Shown: piece by piece, positions 29,601 through 37,304 of the stretch
Position numbering within the stretch: the stretch's first letter is position 1
Layout of the letters: each line of letters starts with the position of its first letter
Source: a virus
Taxonomy: Duplodnaviria > Caudoviricetes
Reading direction: 5' to 3' (one strand)
DNA: 64,000 nucleotides
IMG/VR virus record: IMGVR_UViG_3300008107_006173
Notes under the pieces: generated by a model
Told to the model about the DNA's origin: nothing
Databases searched by the model: none
Seen by the model: the letters and a program-made list of their open reading frames with translations, nothing else
Position numbers and translations under genes: made by a program

Positions 29601-29987
29601 TATGGCTACGGCGGTGTTAAACTGTTTAATACGGCGCAGGTGCGTACAGCAACTAGTTGGGGGTTAGACTTTACTACAGGTCTTAGCACTCGTTTTAAAG
29701 CAATGCCGCAGGTAAGTTGCGTTACGCGATTTAATACAGATTCCTATAGCACATGGCGTAGTGCTTTCCGTGAATGCGTTAAGTTAACACTAAAGGAAGA
29801 TGCTGAAAGCAAGGATAGATTAGACGGCTGGTTACACCCTGTTCCCGATGCATTCTTTAGACATGATGCTAAACAGGGTGCAGAAGAAGGCCGTGCTTAT
29901 GCATTAGCTAACAAAAACAATGTAGAAGCATTAGCAAAGATAAATGATTACGAATGGTTATATGAGCGATACAATCAAACTAGATAA
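26685..29987 (+). CDS. 1100-aa protein of ten tandem GT-A-like repeats
   Basis: Repeated YDV/PVxY...FW(IV)(IV)D...H(VI)F...GG(IV)(KR)L units; the last unit is a full domain with DADAD, homologous to 5394..6392. Confidence 0.75.
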   Translation: MFDVYYLGENPQLKATLPFARAVSKLTDIQPDTKMYWLIEPSIEVIDYSVFEYRPPDYDQTYEHVWKWNSSNYGGIKLLPKTEPAGTKQINRVVCRKSFDILYTLTPEEYFDEHPYASHVWCVDPEYKLNNNIEWAPDNFEPKFIHSFHLRGQLEHKYPQAEGGIKLYPRNWRTCAVKYHSFLDAGVEYPVLYVSDVEDYAQRDKFADEYVWLIDRDHSINPATLDWVPSPFEHNYIHVFRMPYQLGEKYPQAMGGVRLVPRIWQDAEIKIHPACPVADAEYDVFYIDEDQFNSDTYSEYAARSKTDWFWIVDRDHDFNGKLLYVPAPHEQEYIHVFKIPDHLDDRYPQTVTEPWDNRCGGVRLVHKNYDMTKHKYQAGIVPVRYDIFYTNDINNYEAYARKSRTKMFWLVDQEHELNDVFNYVPHRYDQKYIHIFKIPGQLQHKYPLSITNVSDNRTGGVKLVPVKYNETDAKYISGSPTGNKQYPILYVADPTDYSIVTQDCWLIDKEYKLDSDVSWVPPDFQRNMIHTFHLGGQLKHKYPEAMGGIRWVPKSWSNAELVIHSISPFRDLEFERFSSEEEGRVNSKNNWFWVIDPDVDVLDNFNFDFIPETWDEGKTHIWQKLNPITGRQYDYAGVMLCPKVPQAKGRPKYIREPACTQKQYPVIYLDPQLSIVEQLTHTNSTVANSMYWVVDPFTKVQPDFKFDYYPTQWDQQNVHVFADEDGNYRNIRLYPRGTFNKDYSLAEIENNSFEKLKQINTIGSLRPTWPVVHLQDVTKTELTNALQEAMNRGVPFLWTIDPDVRVEQCILDAGYLPQISNIDKVHVWQRINPHNSKTHSYGGLRLWPTNINVDALTTDAIRLNKIKNLQYVKQTGSTIKPYDIVFLSYHEPTAQSAYERLTARFSATWIKDVQGIFDAHKAAASSVNSKMFWVVDADADIADDFDFSYIPDVYDQEVVHVWASRNPITGLEYGYGGVKLFNTAQVRTATSWGLDFTTGLSTRFKAMPQVSCVTRFNTDSYSTWRSAFRECVKLTLKEDAESKDRLDGWLHPVPDAFFRHDAKQGAEEGRAYALANKNNVEALAKINDYEWLYERYNQTR

Positions 29988-30639
29988 TTGGCAGGCTGTA
30001 TCTGATTTTGTTGATGCACATATAAGTATCAAGCCCAGTTACTTCGAGCGAGCTGTGCAGGGTAACTATCCTAAAGACGCATTTAGCAAAGGGCAGTTAG
30101 CCAGCAAAGCATGGTTGTTATCTAAATTAGATAGTAGCATAACAAATCATTTGCCATTTGATTCAGTTATCGCAGTTCTAGGCTGTTGGATTGGTACATT
30201 AGTTGAGCCTTTATTGGATGCAACAATGGTATCTAGAGTGTACGGCATTGATCTTGATCCTAGAGCAATTGAATTGGCAGAGAAGTTTAATCAGCATCTA
30301 GTACAGGATGATTGGAGGTTCAAAGGTGTAGTAGCTGATGCTTCTACCTTAACAACATCCAATATGGAATTTGAAACTGCTGGCGAACTAATAAGGGTTA
30401 CACCTAAAGTAGTAATTAATACCAGTTGCGAGCATATGGACACTCATTGGTTTGAAACAGCTAATTCAGATCAATTGATTATTATGCAAACCAATGACAG
30501 TGAAGGGTACGACGGTCATATCAACATTTGTAAGGACCTAGCTGACCTCAATGCTAAATATCCTATGTCCACCATACTTTATCAAGGACAACTAACTATC
30601 CCTGCATACACAAGATTTATGCAGATTGGATACAAATAA
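29962..30639 (+). CDS. Class I SAM-dependent methyltransferase-like protein
   Basis: VIAVLGCWIG, GIDLDP, INTSCEHM; start 29944 or 29962. Confidence 0.65.
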   Translation: MSDTIKLDNWQAVSDFVDAHISIKPSYFERAVQGNYPKDAFSKGQLASKAWLLSKLDSSITNHLPFDSVIAVLGCWIGTLVEPLLDATMVSRVYGIDLDPRAIELAEKFNQHLVQDDWRFKGVVADASTLTTSNMEFETAGELIRVTPKVVINTSCEHMDTHWFETANSDQLIIMQTNDSEGYDGHINICKDLADLNAKYPMSTILYQGQLTIPAYTRFMQIGYK

Positions 30640-30648
30640 GAGAACACA

Positions 30649-31977
30649 ATGACTTTTAAGCCACCACACAGTTTCCCAATTAACACAGCAACATCATGCC
30701 AATTCAAGTGGACATGGAGCACAGTATTTCTATCAGTAGGCACAAGTTCCAGCTGTCATCGTTGTAAAGGTTGGGACGTGAGTGAGATTATGGACGACTT
30801 CCATAACCACCCTGGTAAGCTAGAAGATAGAAAGCAAATGCTCGACGGTAAGTGGCCTGGAAATGGTTGTGAGTATTGTCGTGATATTGAAGTAGCAGGC
30901 GGCACCAGCGAACGAACTGCATATATTAATGATATGCAAGTAAGTCCACCAGAGCTTGACGTTGATCCTACTGCTGTAAAAGTCACACCAAGAATCTTAG
31001 AAGTTTATTTCAACAATGTCTGTAACCAAAAGTGCGTTTACTGTTCTCCTTTCTTTAGCAGTCTAATTCAAAAGGAAGTTGAGAAGTTTGGACCTTTAGA
31101 AAACGAATATGATCTAATGGGCTTTAAGGAAAAACCAGGCTACGAACAACGCAAAGATAAGTTTTGGATATGGATGGACAAGAATTCACATCACTTGTTA
31201 CAGTTTCAGATCCTAGGTGGCGAACCTTTGTATCAAGATGAGTTTGAAGAATGCTTAGAGTTCTTTGAACAGCGTAGTCATCCTAATTTAAATTGGAAGA
31301 TCTTTAGTAACCTAAAACACCGGCATGATCTCTTTAAAAAGAAGATTGATCGTATTTCTGCTTTGATCAGAGAAGGCAAGCTCAAGAGCTTTGAAATTGT
31401 TTGCAGTATGGATTGCTGGGGACCACAAGCAGAATATAGCCGCTATGGTGTTAAGCTAGACGAGTGGGAGCAGAACTTCCAGTACCTAGTTGATAATCAT
31501 CTAGTAGATATCAGCGTACACTCAACTATTACCCCAGTGTCACTACCAACTATGGCAGAGTTCTATAGAAAGATTATGGCATGGAACACATATCGCATTG
31601 AGAAGCAGGGTGCTATGGGCTTAGTTGATACACAGATTAAAGTTGTTAACTTTGGTTGGAATATTGTAGTAACACCAACGCATATGGATCCGTGTATGCT
31701 AGGCGAATATGCTGCACCATTCTTTGACGAACTGCTATCAGTTATTCCCGACGACGATAACCGTAAGCTCTATCTAAAGGGCTTTAAGACCAAAGTAGTT
31801 AAGAGTCCTATTGATCCTATTCGTTTGCATCGTTTAGCAAACTATCTAGATAAGATTGACTTTAGAAGAAAAACAAATTGGCGTTCATTGTATCCTTGGC
31901 TTGAGGAAATTGTTAATTCATATATTCCAAACGAGCCTGTTCCTGAAGTAAACGCTACACTAATCAAAAACATCTAA
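30649..31977 (+). CDS. Twitch-domain radical SAM protein
   Basis: CNQKCVYC, LGGEPL, N-terminal SCQFKW/SCHRC/GCEYC. Confidence 0.9.
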   Translation: MTFKPPHSFPINTATSCQFKWTWSTVFLSVGTSSSCHRCKGWDVSEIMDDFHNHPGKLEDRKQMLDGKWPGNGCEYCRDIEVAGGTSERTAYINDMQVSPPELDVDPTAVKVTPRILEVYFNNVCNQKCVYCSPFFSSLIQKEVEKFGPLENEYDLMGFKEKPGYEQRKDKFWIWMDKNSHHLLQFQILGGEPLYQDEFEECLEFFEQRSHPNLNWKIFSNLKHRHDLFKKKIDRISALIREGKLKSFEIVCSMDCWGPQAEYSRYGVKLDEWEQNFQYLVDNHLVDISVHSTITPVSLPTMAEFYRKIMAWNTYRIEKQGAMGLVDTQIKVVNFGWNIVVTPTHMDPCMLGEYAAPFFDELLSVIPDDDNRKLYLKGFKTKVVKSPIDPIRLHRLANYLDKIDFRRKTNWRSLYPWLEEIVNSYIPNEPVPEVNATLIKNI

Positions 31978-31986
31978 TACACAGTC

Positions 31987-32014
31987 AAAAAGAAACCCTC
32001 GTTCAACGAGGGTT
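31987..32014 (-). terminator. Rho-independent terminator at the convergence point of the two arms
   Basis: AACCCTCGT-TCA-ACGAGGGTT stem at 31994-32014 with a T-rich tail on the minus strand. Confidence 0.75.
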
Positions 32015-32039
32015 CCTCTTGTTCTAATGTTAAAAAATA

Positions 32040-32618
32040 TTAGAAGCTGTGTGTAATACCAACACCTACTTCATCAGTACGAAGGCTACCTGTAGTGCGA
32101 TAATATGTTGCACCAATAGCAGTCTTTTCAGTGATGTTCCATTCAACACCTGAATGTAAACGATCTTCTTTCATTCTGTTACCGTTGAAGCTTTCACGAT
32201 GGCGGTAGCCAGCCTTTAGTGTAAGAGCATCACCCAATGGATATGCAGCATTAACGCCTGCACCCCAAAACTCAAAGTTACCGCCAACTGTTGGTGATAC
32301 CTTCTTGTTTAGTGACTGACCTACTTCAGCAAAAGCCGCAGAGCTTAAACCAAATACACCTGGAAGGGCTGTACCTAGCTTACCTGAAAGAAGTGTTCCA
32401 ACAGGACCTTCATTTTCTGGTTGTACTGTCTGTAGCTCTAGACCATATTGAACTAGACCGTTGTATAGTGCATCGTTGTACTGAACACGATATTCGGTTG
32501 AGTTGGTCTGCTTGTTTGCAACACCACCAAAGCGCACTTCACCTTCAAGGGTTCCGGCACTTGCTGGTACTGCAATTGCTGCTGATACGACTGTTAAAGC
32601 CAATAATAATTTTTTCAT
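32040..32618 (-). CDS. Outer-membrane beta-barrel protein (porin/OmpW/KdgM-like)
   Basis: Sec signal MKKLLLALTVVSAAIAVPASA, alternating amphipathic beta strands, C-terminal VGVGITHSF ending in Phe (BamA signal). Confidence 0.8.
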   Translation of the reverse strand: MKKLLLALTVVSAAIAVPASAGTLEGEVRFGGVANKQTNSTEYRVQYNDALYNGLVQYGLELQTVQPENEGPVGTLLSGKLGTALPGVFGLSSAAFAEVGQSLNKKVSPTVGGNFEFWGAGVNAAYPLGDALTLKAGYRHRESFNGNRMKEDRLHSGVEWNITEKTAIGATYYRTTGSLRTDEVGVGITHSF

Positions 32619-32775
32619 TCAAATATCCTCTTTCATAGTTTTTAAAACTATTAGTTAGTTAGCTGAAAGACAAGGTCTCCCAGTACTAATAGTTATCATG
32701 GAAATGTGTTTGGGAGTGTGAATCCTGATTACAGGTTATTGCAAGTGTGCAACAATATGTGATTCTACTGTGTAT

Positions 32776-32783
32776 TATTTATA
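32776..32783 (-). promoter_or_regulatory. T4-type late promoter consensus TATAAATA for the OMP gene
   Basis: Exact match on the minus strand immediately after the upstream terminator. Confidence 0.5.
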
Positions 32784-32814
32784 AAAAAATGCCCTGTTTT
32801 TACACAGGGCATTT
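32783..32814 (-). terminator. Rho-independent terminator
   Basis: AAATGCCCTGT/ACAGGGCATTT 11-bp stem with a T tract on the minus strand. Confidence 0.85.
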
Positions 32815-32827
32815 ATAGTCAGAGATG

Positions 32828-33166
32828 TTATTCCTTAAATATCTTTTTTAAGATACTATTAGTTTCTTTCTCCAGATGTAGCCTTACTTTGTCCAAGTCG
32901 ATAACAATTTCAACTGATTCAATGTCATCTTTGATACCTAATTGTCTTATGTACTTGTCGATATTTGTATAGCTAATATTTTTTTGATTATCGTTTACGC
33001 TATACGAATCTCCACCAACGGTATTAACTACAATTTTGTGTAAAAATTCTGTTGGTATGTCAGAAGGTTCAATTTTACTTAGAATACCCTTGACTATACC
33101 TGAATCATTTGATTTGGATTGCTTACCAAGTAGGACAATTCTAGGCGGACCTTTTGGTTTCGCCAC
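32828..33166 (-). CDS. Hypothetical protein
   Basis: 112-aa ORF in the minus-strand run. Confidence 0.65.
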   Translation of the reverse strand: MAKPKGPPRIVLLGKQSKSNDSGIVKGILSKIEPSDIPTEFLHKIVVNTVGGDSYSVNDNQKNISYTNIDKYIRQLGIKDDIESVEIVIDLDKVRLHLEKETNSILKKIFKE

Positions 33167-33182
33167 AATATTGTCCTCTTAG

Positions 33183-33890
33183 TTATTCAGCTGCTCCGGC
33201 TTCTTCTGTTAGATCGACGGCAGTCTTCTTTGGCGGACGACCAGGACCACGACGTGGTTCTAGTTCAGGATTCAAACGATATGCCTCAGCCTTCTTAGCT
33301 TCAGCATCACGAATCAATGCTTGTGCATCCTGTTCTAATAGCTCTGCTTGAATTAGTAAGTTACGAGCAACATCATTAGTTGGTGCCGGTGCATCTCGTG
33401 TAATGTCAGCATCTGGGTTGCGATTAGCAAGTACAGGATCAGTTTCGATTGGTCTTACCAAAGGATCTGGCTGCTGGTAGCTTTCCGTTGTTACCCTCTT
33501 CTGGCTAGCAGGATCAGTCTTAGGTGGGGTGTATCCGCCTTCGAGTTTCTTAATCTCTCGATTAACATCAGCTAGGGGGAGGCTTTGATTGGGTAGCGGA
33601 GTCAGGCTTACATGACTTACTGGTACCTTCTGCAACTTCTTACTGTAGTGTAAGCCGGTTAGCATATTGCTGCCGTCAGTAAACTGACGACGGTGAAGCA
33701 CCTGACTAATGTCATTGGATTCTTGTGCTTCAGCACTAACAACAACATTCATTAGATCGTCGTGCTGTCTGCTATCTAATGTATCGGTTTGAACAATGAG
33801 GCAGTAATCTGCTTCACCCGGCAATTCACGGAAAACAACCAAGCATGGCTTCTCTCCGTATTTGCCTACATGTTTAGTTAACTGTGGCAT
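33183..33890 (-). CDS. Hypothetical phage protein with a C-terminal AT-hook-like motif
   Basis: 235 aa; RRGPGRPPKK near the C-terminus after a coiled-coil. Confidence 0.7.
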   Translation of the reverse strand: MPQLTKHVGKYGEKPCLVVFRELPGEADYCLIVQTDTLDSRQHDDLMNVVVSAEAQESNDISQVLHRRQFTDGSNMLTGLHYSKKLQKVPVSHVSLTPLPNQSLPLADVNREIKKLEGGYTPPKTDPASQKRVTTESYQQPDPLVRPIETDPVLANRNPDADITRDAPAPTNDVARNLLIQAELLEQDAQALIRDAEAKKAEAYRLNPELEPRRGPGRPPKKTAVDLTEEAGAAE

Positions 33891-33893
33891 AAA

Positions 33894-34157
33894 TTATTCC
33901 TTGGTAGCTTCTTCTTCTGTTGCTTCATCGCGAGCCTTTTGCTGTTCAGCAATAAAGGTTAGGAAAGCATTTAGTTTGTCAAAGATTGCGCCAACCTGTG
34001 TGAGTTCTGCACCGCGGAAAGCACCGCGCTGACTTGCTAGATCGACAATCTGTAATAGAACTTGAAGATCATTTAAGCTAATTGAATCAGGTACGGCCTT
34101 TTCTGTCTGCTCTAGTACAGGGGCATCTACTTCTTCAACTGTCTTGTTCTTTGCCAT
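33894..34157 (-). CDS. Hypothetical phage protein
   Basis: 87 aa, SD AGGAG, ...ASQRGAFRGAELTQVGAIFDKL.... Confidence 0.75.
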   Translation of the reverse strand: MAKNKTVEEVDAPVLEQTEKAVPDSISLNDLQVLLQIVDLASQRGAFRGAELTQVGAIFDKLNAFLTFIAEQQKARDEATEEEATKE

Positions 34158-34210
34158 ATAACATCTCCTTTTATGGTTTCGTAATTTTATTTAACAGATG
34201 CTATAACTAA

Positions 34211-34480
34211 TTACGGCATATTTTGGTTAAGAAATGAAAGAATATTTTCTTTATCTATAGGACTTTCAAAATAGATAATCACATGATGTTCGCCGTCCTT
34301 GCGTACATGAAATTGCTCGCTTGCGTGACAATCTAAGTAGTCTAATATGCTATTGTACAGCTCATTGTCAATATCAATAAACTTAGCACGGTTGCGTATC
34401 ATACGAACGGCACCCTCGGTGCCGCTCAACATATTAAACTCTAAACTGTCTAGTTTTTTTGTTTCAATTCTGTATGCCAT
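34211..34480 (-). CDS. Hypothetical protein
   Basis: 89-aa ORF abutting its neighbours. Confidence 0.65.
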   Translation of the reverse strand: MAYRIETKKLDSLEFNMLSGTEGAVRMIRNRAKFIDIDNELYNSILDYLDCHASEQFHVRKDGEHHVIIYFESPIDKENILSFLNQNMP

Positions 34481-34684
34481 TTAACGGCCCTTCCATCTCA
34501 TAGTAAACCATGCTGCATCCGCGCTGTTATCAAAAGTATATGTAGCAATCTCATCAGCAACATACACATCACTAGTATCTACGATAGTTACACCCCGATA
34601 ACCCACACAGTTTGAAGCAGCCCAATCGGCTGCTTCTTTAAAACTTATACCGTCACCATCATCTAAATAAACTTCTATAGACAT
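34481..34684 (-). CDS. Hypothetical protein
   Basis: 67-aa ORF with the phage-typical ending AAWFTMRW. Confidence 0.6.
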   Translation of the reverse strand: MSIEVYLDDGDGISFKEAADWAASNCVGYRGVTIVDTSDVYVADEIATYTFDNSADAAWFTMRWKGR

Positions 34685-35991
34685 TACTTTGACTTGCTAG
34701 TATACGGTACTGTGATACCAAACGGTGCTTCCGGAACCTTTTCATCGCGACCGCCGTGTACAATAAACAGCGTATCGCAATAAGTTTCGTCGCCCCATGA
34801 ACCCCACGGATAACCGTCAGTGAACATGATGAACTTCTTAGGCTCGATACCATTCTCCTTCATGTAAGCGAAGTTGATATCAAAGTCGGTACCACCACCA
34901 CCTGCAAGCTCGTAGGTAAGGAAGTCATTTGAAGTATCAGCAGTAATAGTGATTGGGTTATAAATTTGCGTATCAAAGCACCACAAGTGAATCTTGTAAT
35001 CAGTGTACTGATCCATAATGCCCTTCACTTCGCTAAGGAAGTCAGTGCCCATTTCATCAGTGATTGACCCTGACATATCAATACAAATTGCAACGTCAAT
35101 GGTAGTTTCACGATCCATGCCAGGCAAGTAAAAGCCTGCATCAAGCCCCTTACGGCTTGGACGCAGGTAAGTGTAGTTGCTCTTAATAACACTTTGGATC
35201 TGCATAGCAAGCAACTCGCGCCAATCCAACTGCGGATTCAGCAAGTCTTTGAGCAAGCGGCGCACACCTGACGGAGTGTTACCTGCTCCTGCAACCTTAG
35301 CAGCCTGAATCACAGCATTACGAAACTCTTGCTTGATCTGATCCTTCTCTGCTTTGGTGTAGCGTACAGGACCCTTAGAGCCGTCATTGCCTTCACTGCC
35401 TTCACCACCCGCGCCCTCGTCGTCGCCGTCCTCATCGCGATACAGGTGATCATCAAAGGTGTCCATGTTAATAACACGACCTTCCTTTTCTGCCTGCTTA
35501 AAGAGATCATCGTAAATCTCTTCGGAGATCTTACCGCGATATTTCCAATCGTAGCAGATTTCAACCAGCGTAATCTTCTCACCAATTTGCGCTTCAACTA
35601 GGTCGTTGTTAATAACATAGTCGTTAGCAATGTTCCAAAGTCGAGGGTCACGATTGCCCAAACGCTTCTTGTCCATGTGGTCGTAAACACAGTGGAGAAC
35701 TTCGTGGCCCATACCAAACACTAGTTCTTCGTCGTTAAGTGCATCAACGAAGTGACGGTTATAATAAAAGTATCGCCCATCGGTAGCAATAGTGGGAAGC
35801 CAGTCTGTGGCATCCTTGAAGCGCAAACGAGTAGCAAGGTTACCAAAGAACGGCGCATTAATGAGCATCTTAATTCGCGCTTTAATCAGCGCATCTTCGA
35901 TTAAAGCAGAGCTCTTAGTAGTGTCCTTAATTGGACGATTAGTCTTAACTGCCCGCTTTTTAACATCTGTATCTGAAGTCGTATTAGACAT
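34684..35991 (-). CDS. vWA-domain protein with an N-terminal HExxH metallopeptidase-like (DUF2201-type) domain
   Basis: HEVLH motif, acidic linker, MIDAS-like DMSGS, GGGTDF, FTDG; start re-called at 35991 downstream of the promoter. Confidence 0.85.
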   Translation of the reverse strand: MSNTTSDTDVKKRAVKTNRPIKDTTKSSALIEDALIKARIKMLINAPFFGNLATRLRFKDATDWLPTIATDGRYFYYNRHFVDALNDEELVFGMGHEVLHCVYDHMDKKRLGNRDPRLWNIANDYVINNDLVEAQIGEKITLVEICYDWKYRGKISEEIYDDLFKQAEKEGRVINMDTFDDHLYRDEDGDDEGAGGEGSEGNDGSKGPVRYTKAEKDQIKQEFRNAVIQAAKVAGAGNTPSGVRRLLKDLLNPQLDWRELLAMQIQSVIKSNYTYLRPSRKGLDAGFYLPGMDRETTIDVAICIDMSGSITDEMGTDFLSEVKGIMDQYTDYKIHLWCFDTQIYNPITITADTSNDFLTYELAGGGGTDFDINFAYMKENGIEPKKFIMFTDGYPWGSWGDETYCDTLFIVHGGRDEKVPEAPFGITVPYTSKSK

Positions 35992-36023
35992 AACTTTACC
36001 CTTATTTCTTATCCTACTTATAT

Positions 36024-36051
36024 AGTATAACATCTGTAGGGATAGTGTCAA
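36024..36051 (-). promoter_or_regulatory. Sigma70-type early promoter
   Basis: TTGACA-N16-TATACT with an extended TGn. Confidence 0.75.
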
Positions 36052-36069
36052 CCACTATTTTACTTATCG

Positions 36070-36103
36070 GAAAAGGCGATGCCCCGCCTTTCGACGGGGC
36101 ATC
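36070..36103 (-). terminator. GC-rich hairpin, probable terminator
   Basis: GATGCCCCGTC-GAAA-GGCGGGGCATC (GNRA tetraloop) followed by GCCTTTT. Confidence 0.7.
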
Positions 36104-36163
36104 TTTGATGGGCTCGAGTGTAGGGAGTAACAAGGTAGGTAGGTTCTCAAGCCCTTCAACTGG

Positions 36164-37270
36164 TTAAACGATGTACTTGGTGTAACGCTCACTAAACACC
36201 TTGTACAGATCCTGATTAAGATCAGTACGGATATTAAACTTGATACCGTAGTCGGTCATAATGGTCTTAAAGAACAGCACAACCATTTCAGGTTCAAAAT
36301 TCTCGTAGGAGAACTTAACAGCATTGTTGAACATGACCTTGAAATCATCCTTAGTACCATGTTCCTGGTAGTACTGATTGATTTCGTAAGTGAGTCCAAC
36401 CACCAAACTGTACTTAGCGGAAATCTCTTGACTCAACTTATTGTCGAGCTTAGTGACCTTACCTGAAAGCACATCTTCTGGCTTAGGCAAGTGGCTAGCA
36501 ATACGACGGTGTTCAATAAACTTACCTGCCATACCCTCGCCAACAGCGCCAGCGACTTCTGCCTTCTGTTCGAAAATATCTGAAGTTTCAAATCCGTCCT
36601 GCGTGAGCATTTCGCTTACATATGACCACGACCGCGGAGTAGCAAATGCCTGCGAACTTGTCTTAGGATCAAAGTCAAACAAGTCTGCCTTGGAGTACGA
36701 AAGGTAACCAAGCACATCTGGGTGAACCCCATTCTTTAGAGCCCACTTCTGCCAGTCACCAAAGTCCACTGCCATGTTAATGTGACGGAAGCGGTTCGCC
36801 AACGGAGCAGGCATGCGGTAAGTAACGCCACGATCAGTTTCGCGGTTACCTGCTGCAACAATTACAACATTCTTTGGAAGAACATACTGACCAATTCGAC
36901 GGTTTAGTACAAGCTGATATGCTGCTGCCTGTACACTAGGCGGAGCAGAGTTAAGTTCGTCTAGGAACAGAATTACTGTATCGTACTGCGCCGCAAACTC
37001 AACTGTAGGAAGGTCCGCCGGAGGCGCCCAATCCATTGTATTCGTTTCTGGATTACGGAAGGGGTAGCCGCGCAAGTCAGTGGGTTCAAGTAGTGCAAGA
37101 CGAAGGTCTAGTACACACGAGCGTCCCATTGCGCCGCTATCTGAAATGCCCTGAACTAGTTCGGACTTACCAATGCCCGGAGGTCCCCAAATAAACAGCG
37201 GACGACGAGCTTTCATTGCACGAAGTGCGATTGACTGCACTTGCGATGCCTTAACACTAAGAGTATCCAT
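36164..37270 (-). CDS. MoxR-like AAA+ ATPase
   Basis: Walker A GPPGIGKS, Walker B LFLDE, AAGN, PLANRF. Confidence 0.9.
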   Translation of the reverse strand: MDTLSVKASQVQSIALRAMKARRPLFIWGPPGIGKSELVQGISDSGAMGRSCVLDLRLALLEPTDLRGYPFRNPETNTMDWAPPADLPTVEFAAQYDTVILFLDELNSAPPSVQAAAYQLVLNRRIGQYVLPKNVVIVAAGNRETDRGVTYRMPAPLANRFRHINMAVDFGDWQKWALKNGVHPDVLGYLSYSKADLFDFDPKTSSQAFATPRSWSYVSEMLTQDGFETSDIFEQKAEVAGAVGEGMAGKFIEHRRIASHLPKPEDVLSGKVTKLDNKLSQEISAKYSLVVGLTYEINQYYQEHGTKDDFKVMFNNAVKFSYENFEPEMVVLFFKTIMTDYGIKFNIRTDLNQDLYKVFSERYTKYIV

Positions 37271-37304
37271 AACTAACCTACCTTTCTAACTAACCTATGT
37301 TCTT

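Noticed and set aside
7242-31977. RiPP cluster interpretation (radical SAM enzymes plus small peptides as precursors)
   Set aside because: No RRE/PqqD domain, peptidase or transporter, and no leader-core precursor pattern seen; neighbours are overwhelmingly sugar enzymes. Not excluded, but less supported.
32619-32775. Cobalamin, glycine or SAM-II riboswitch in the OMP leader
   Set aside because: Only isolated words (GGGAGACC, TTGCAAG) match; the conserved cores are missing. Kept only as an unclassified structured leader.
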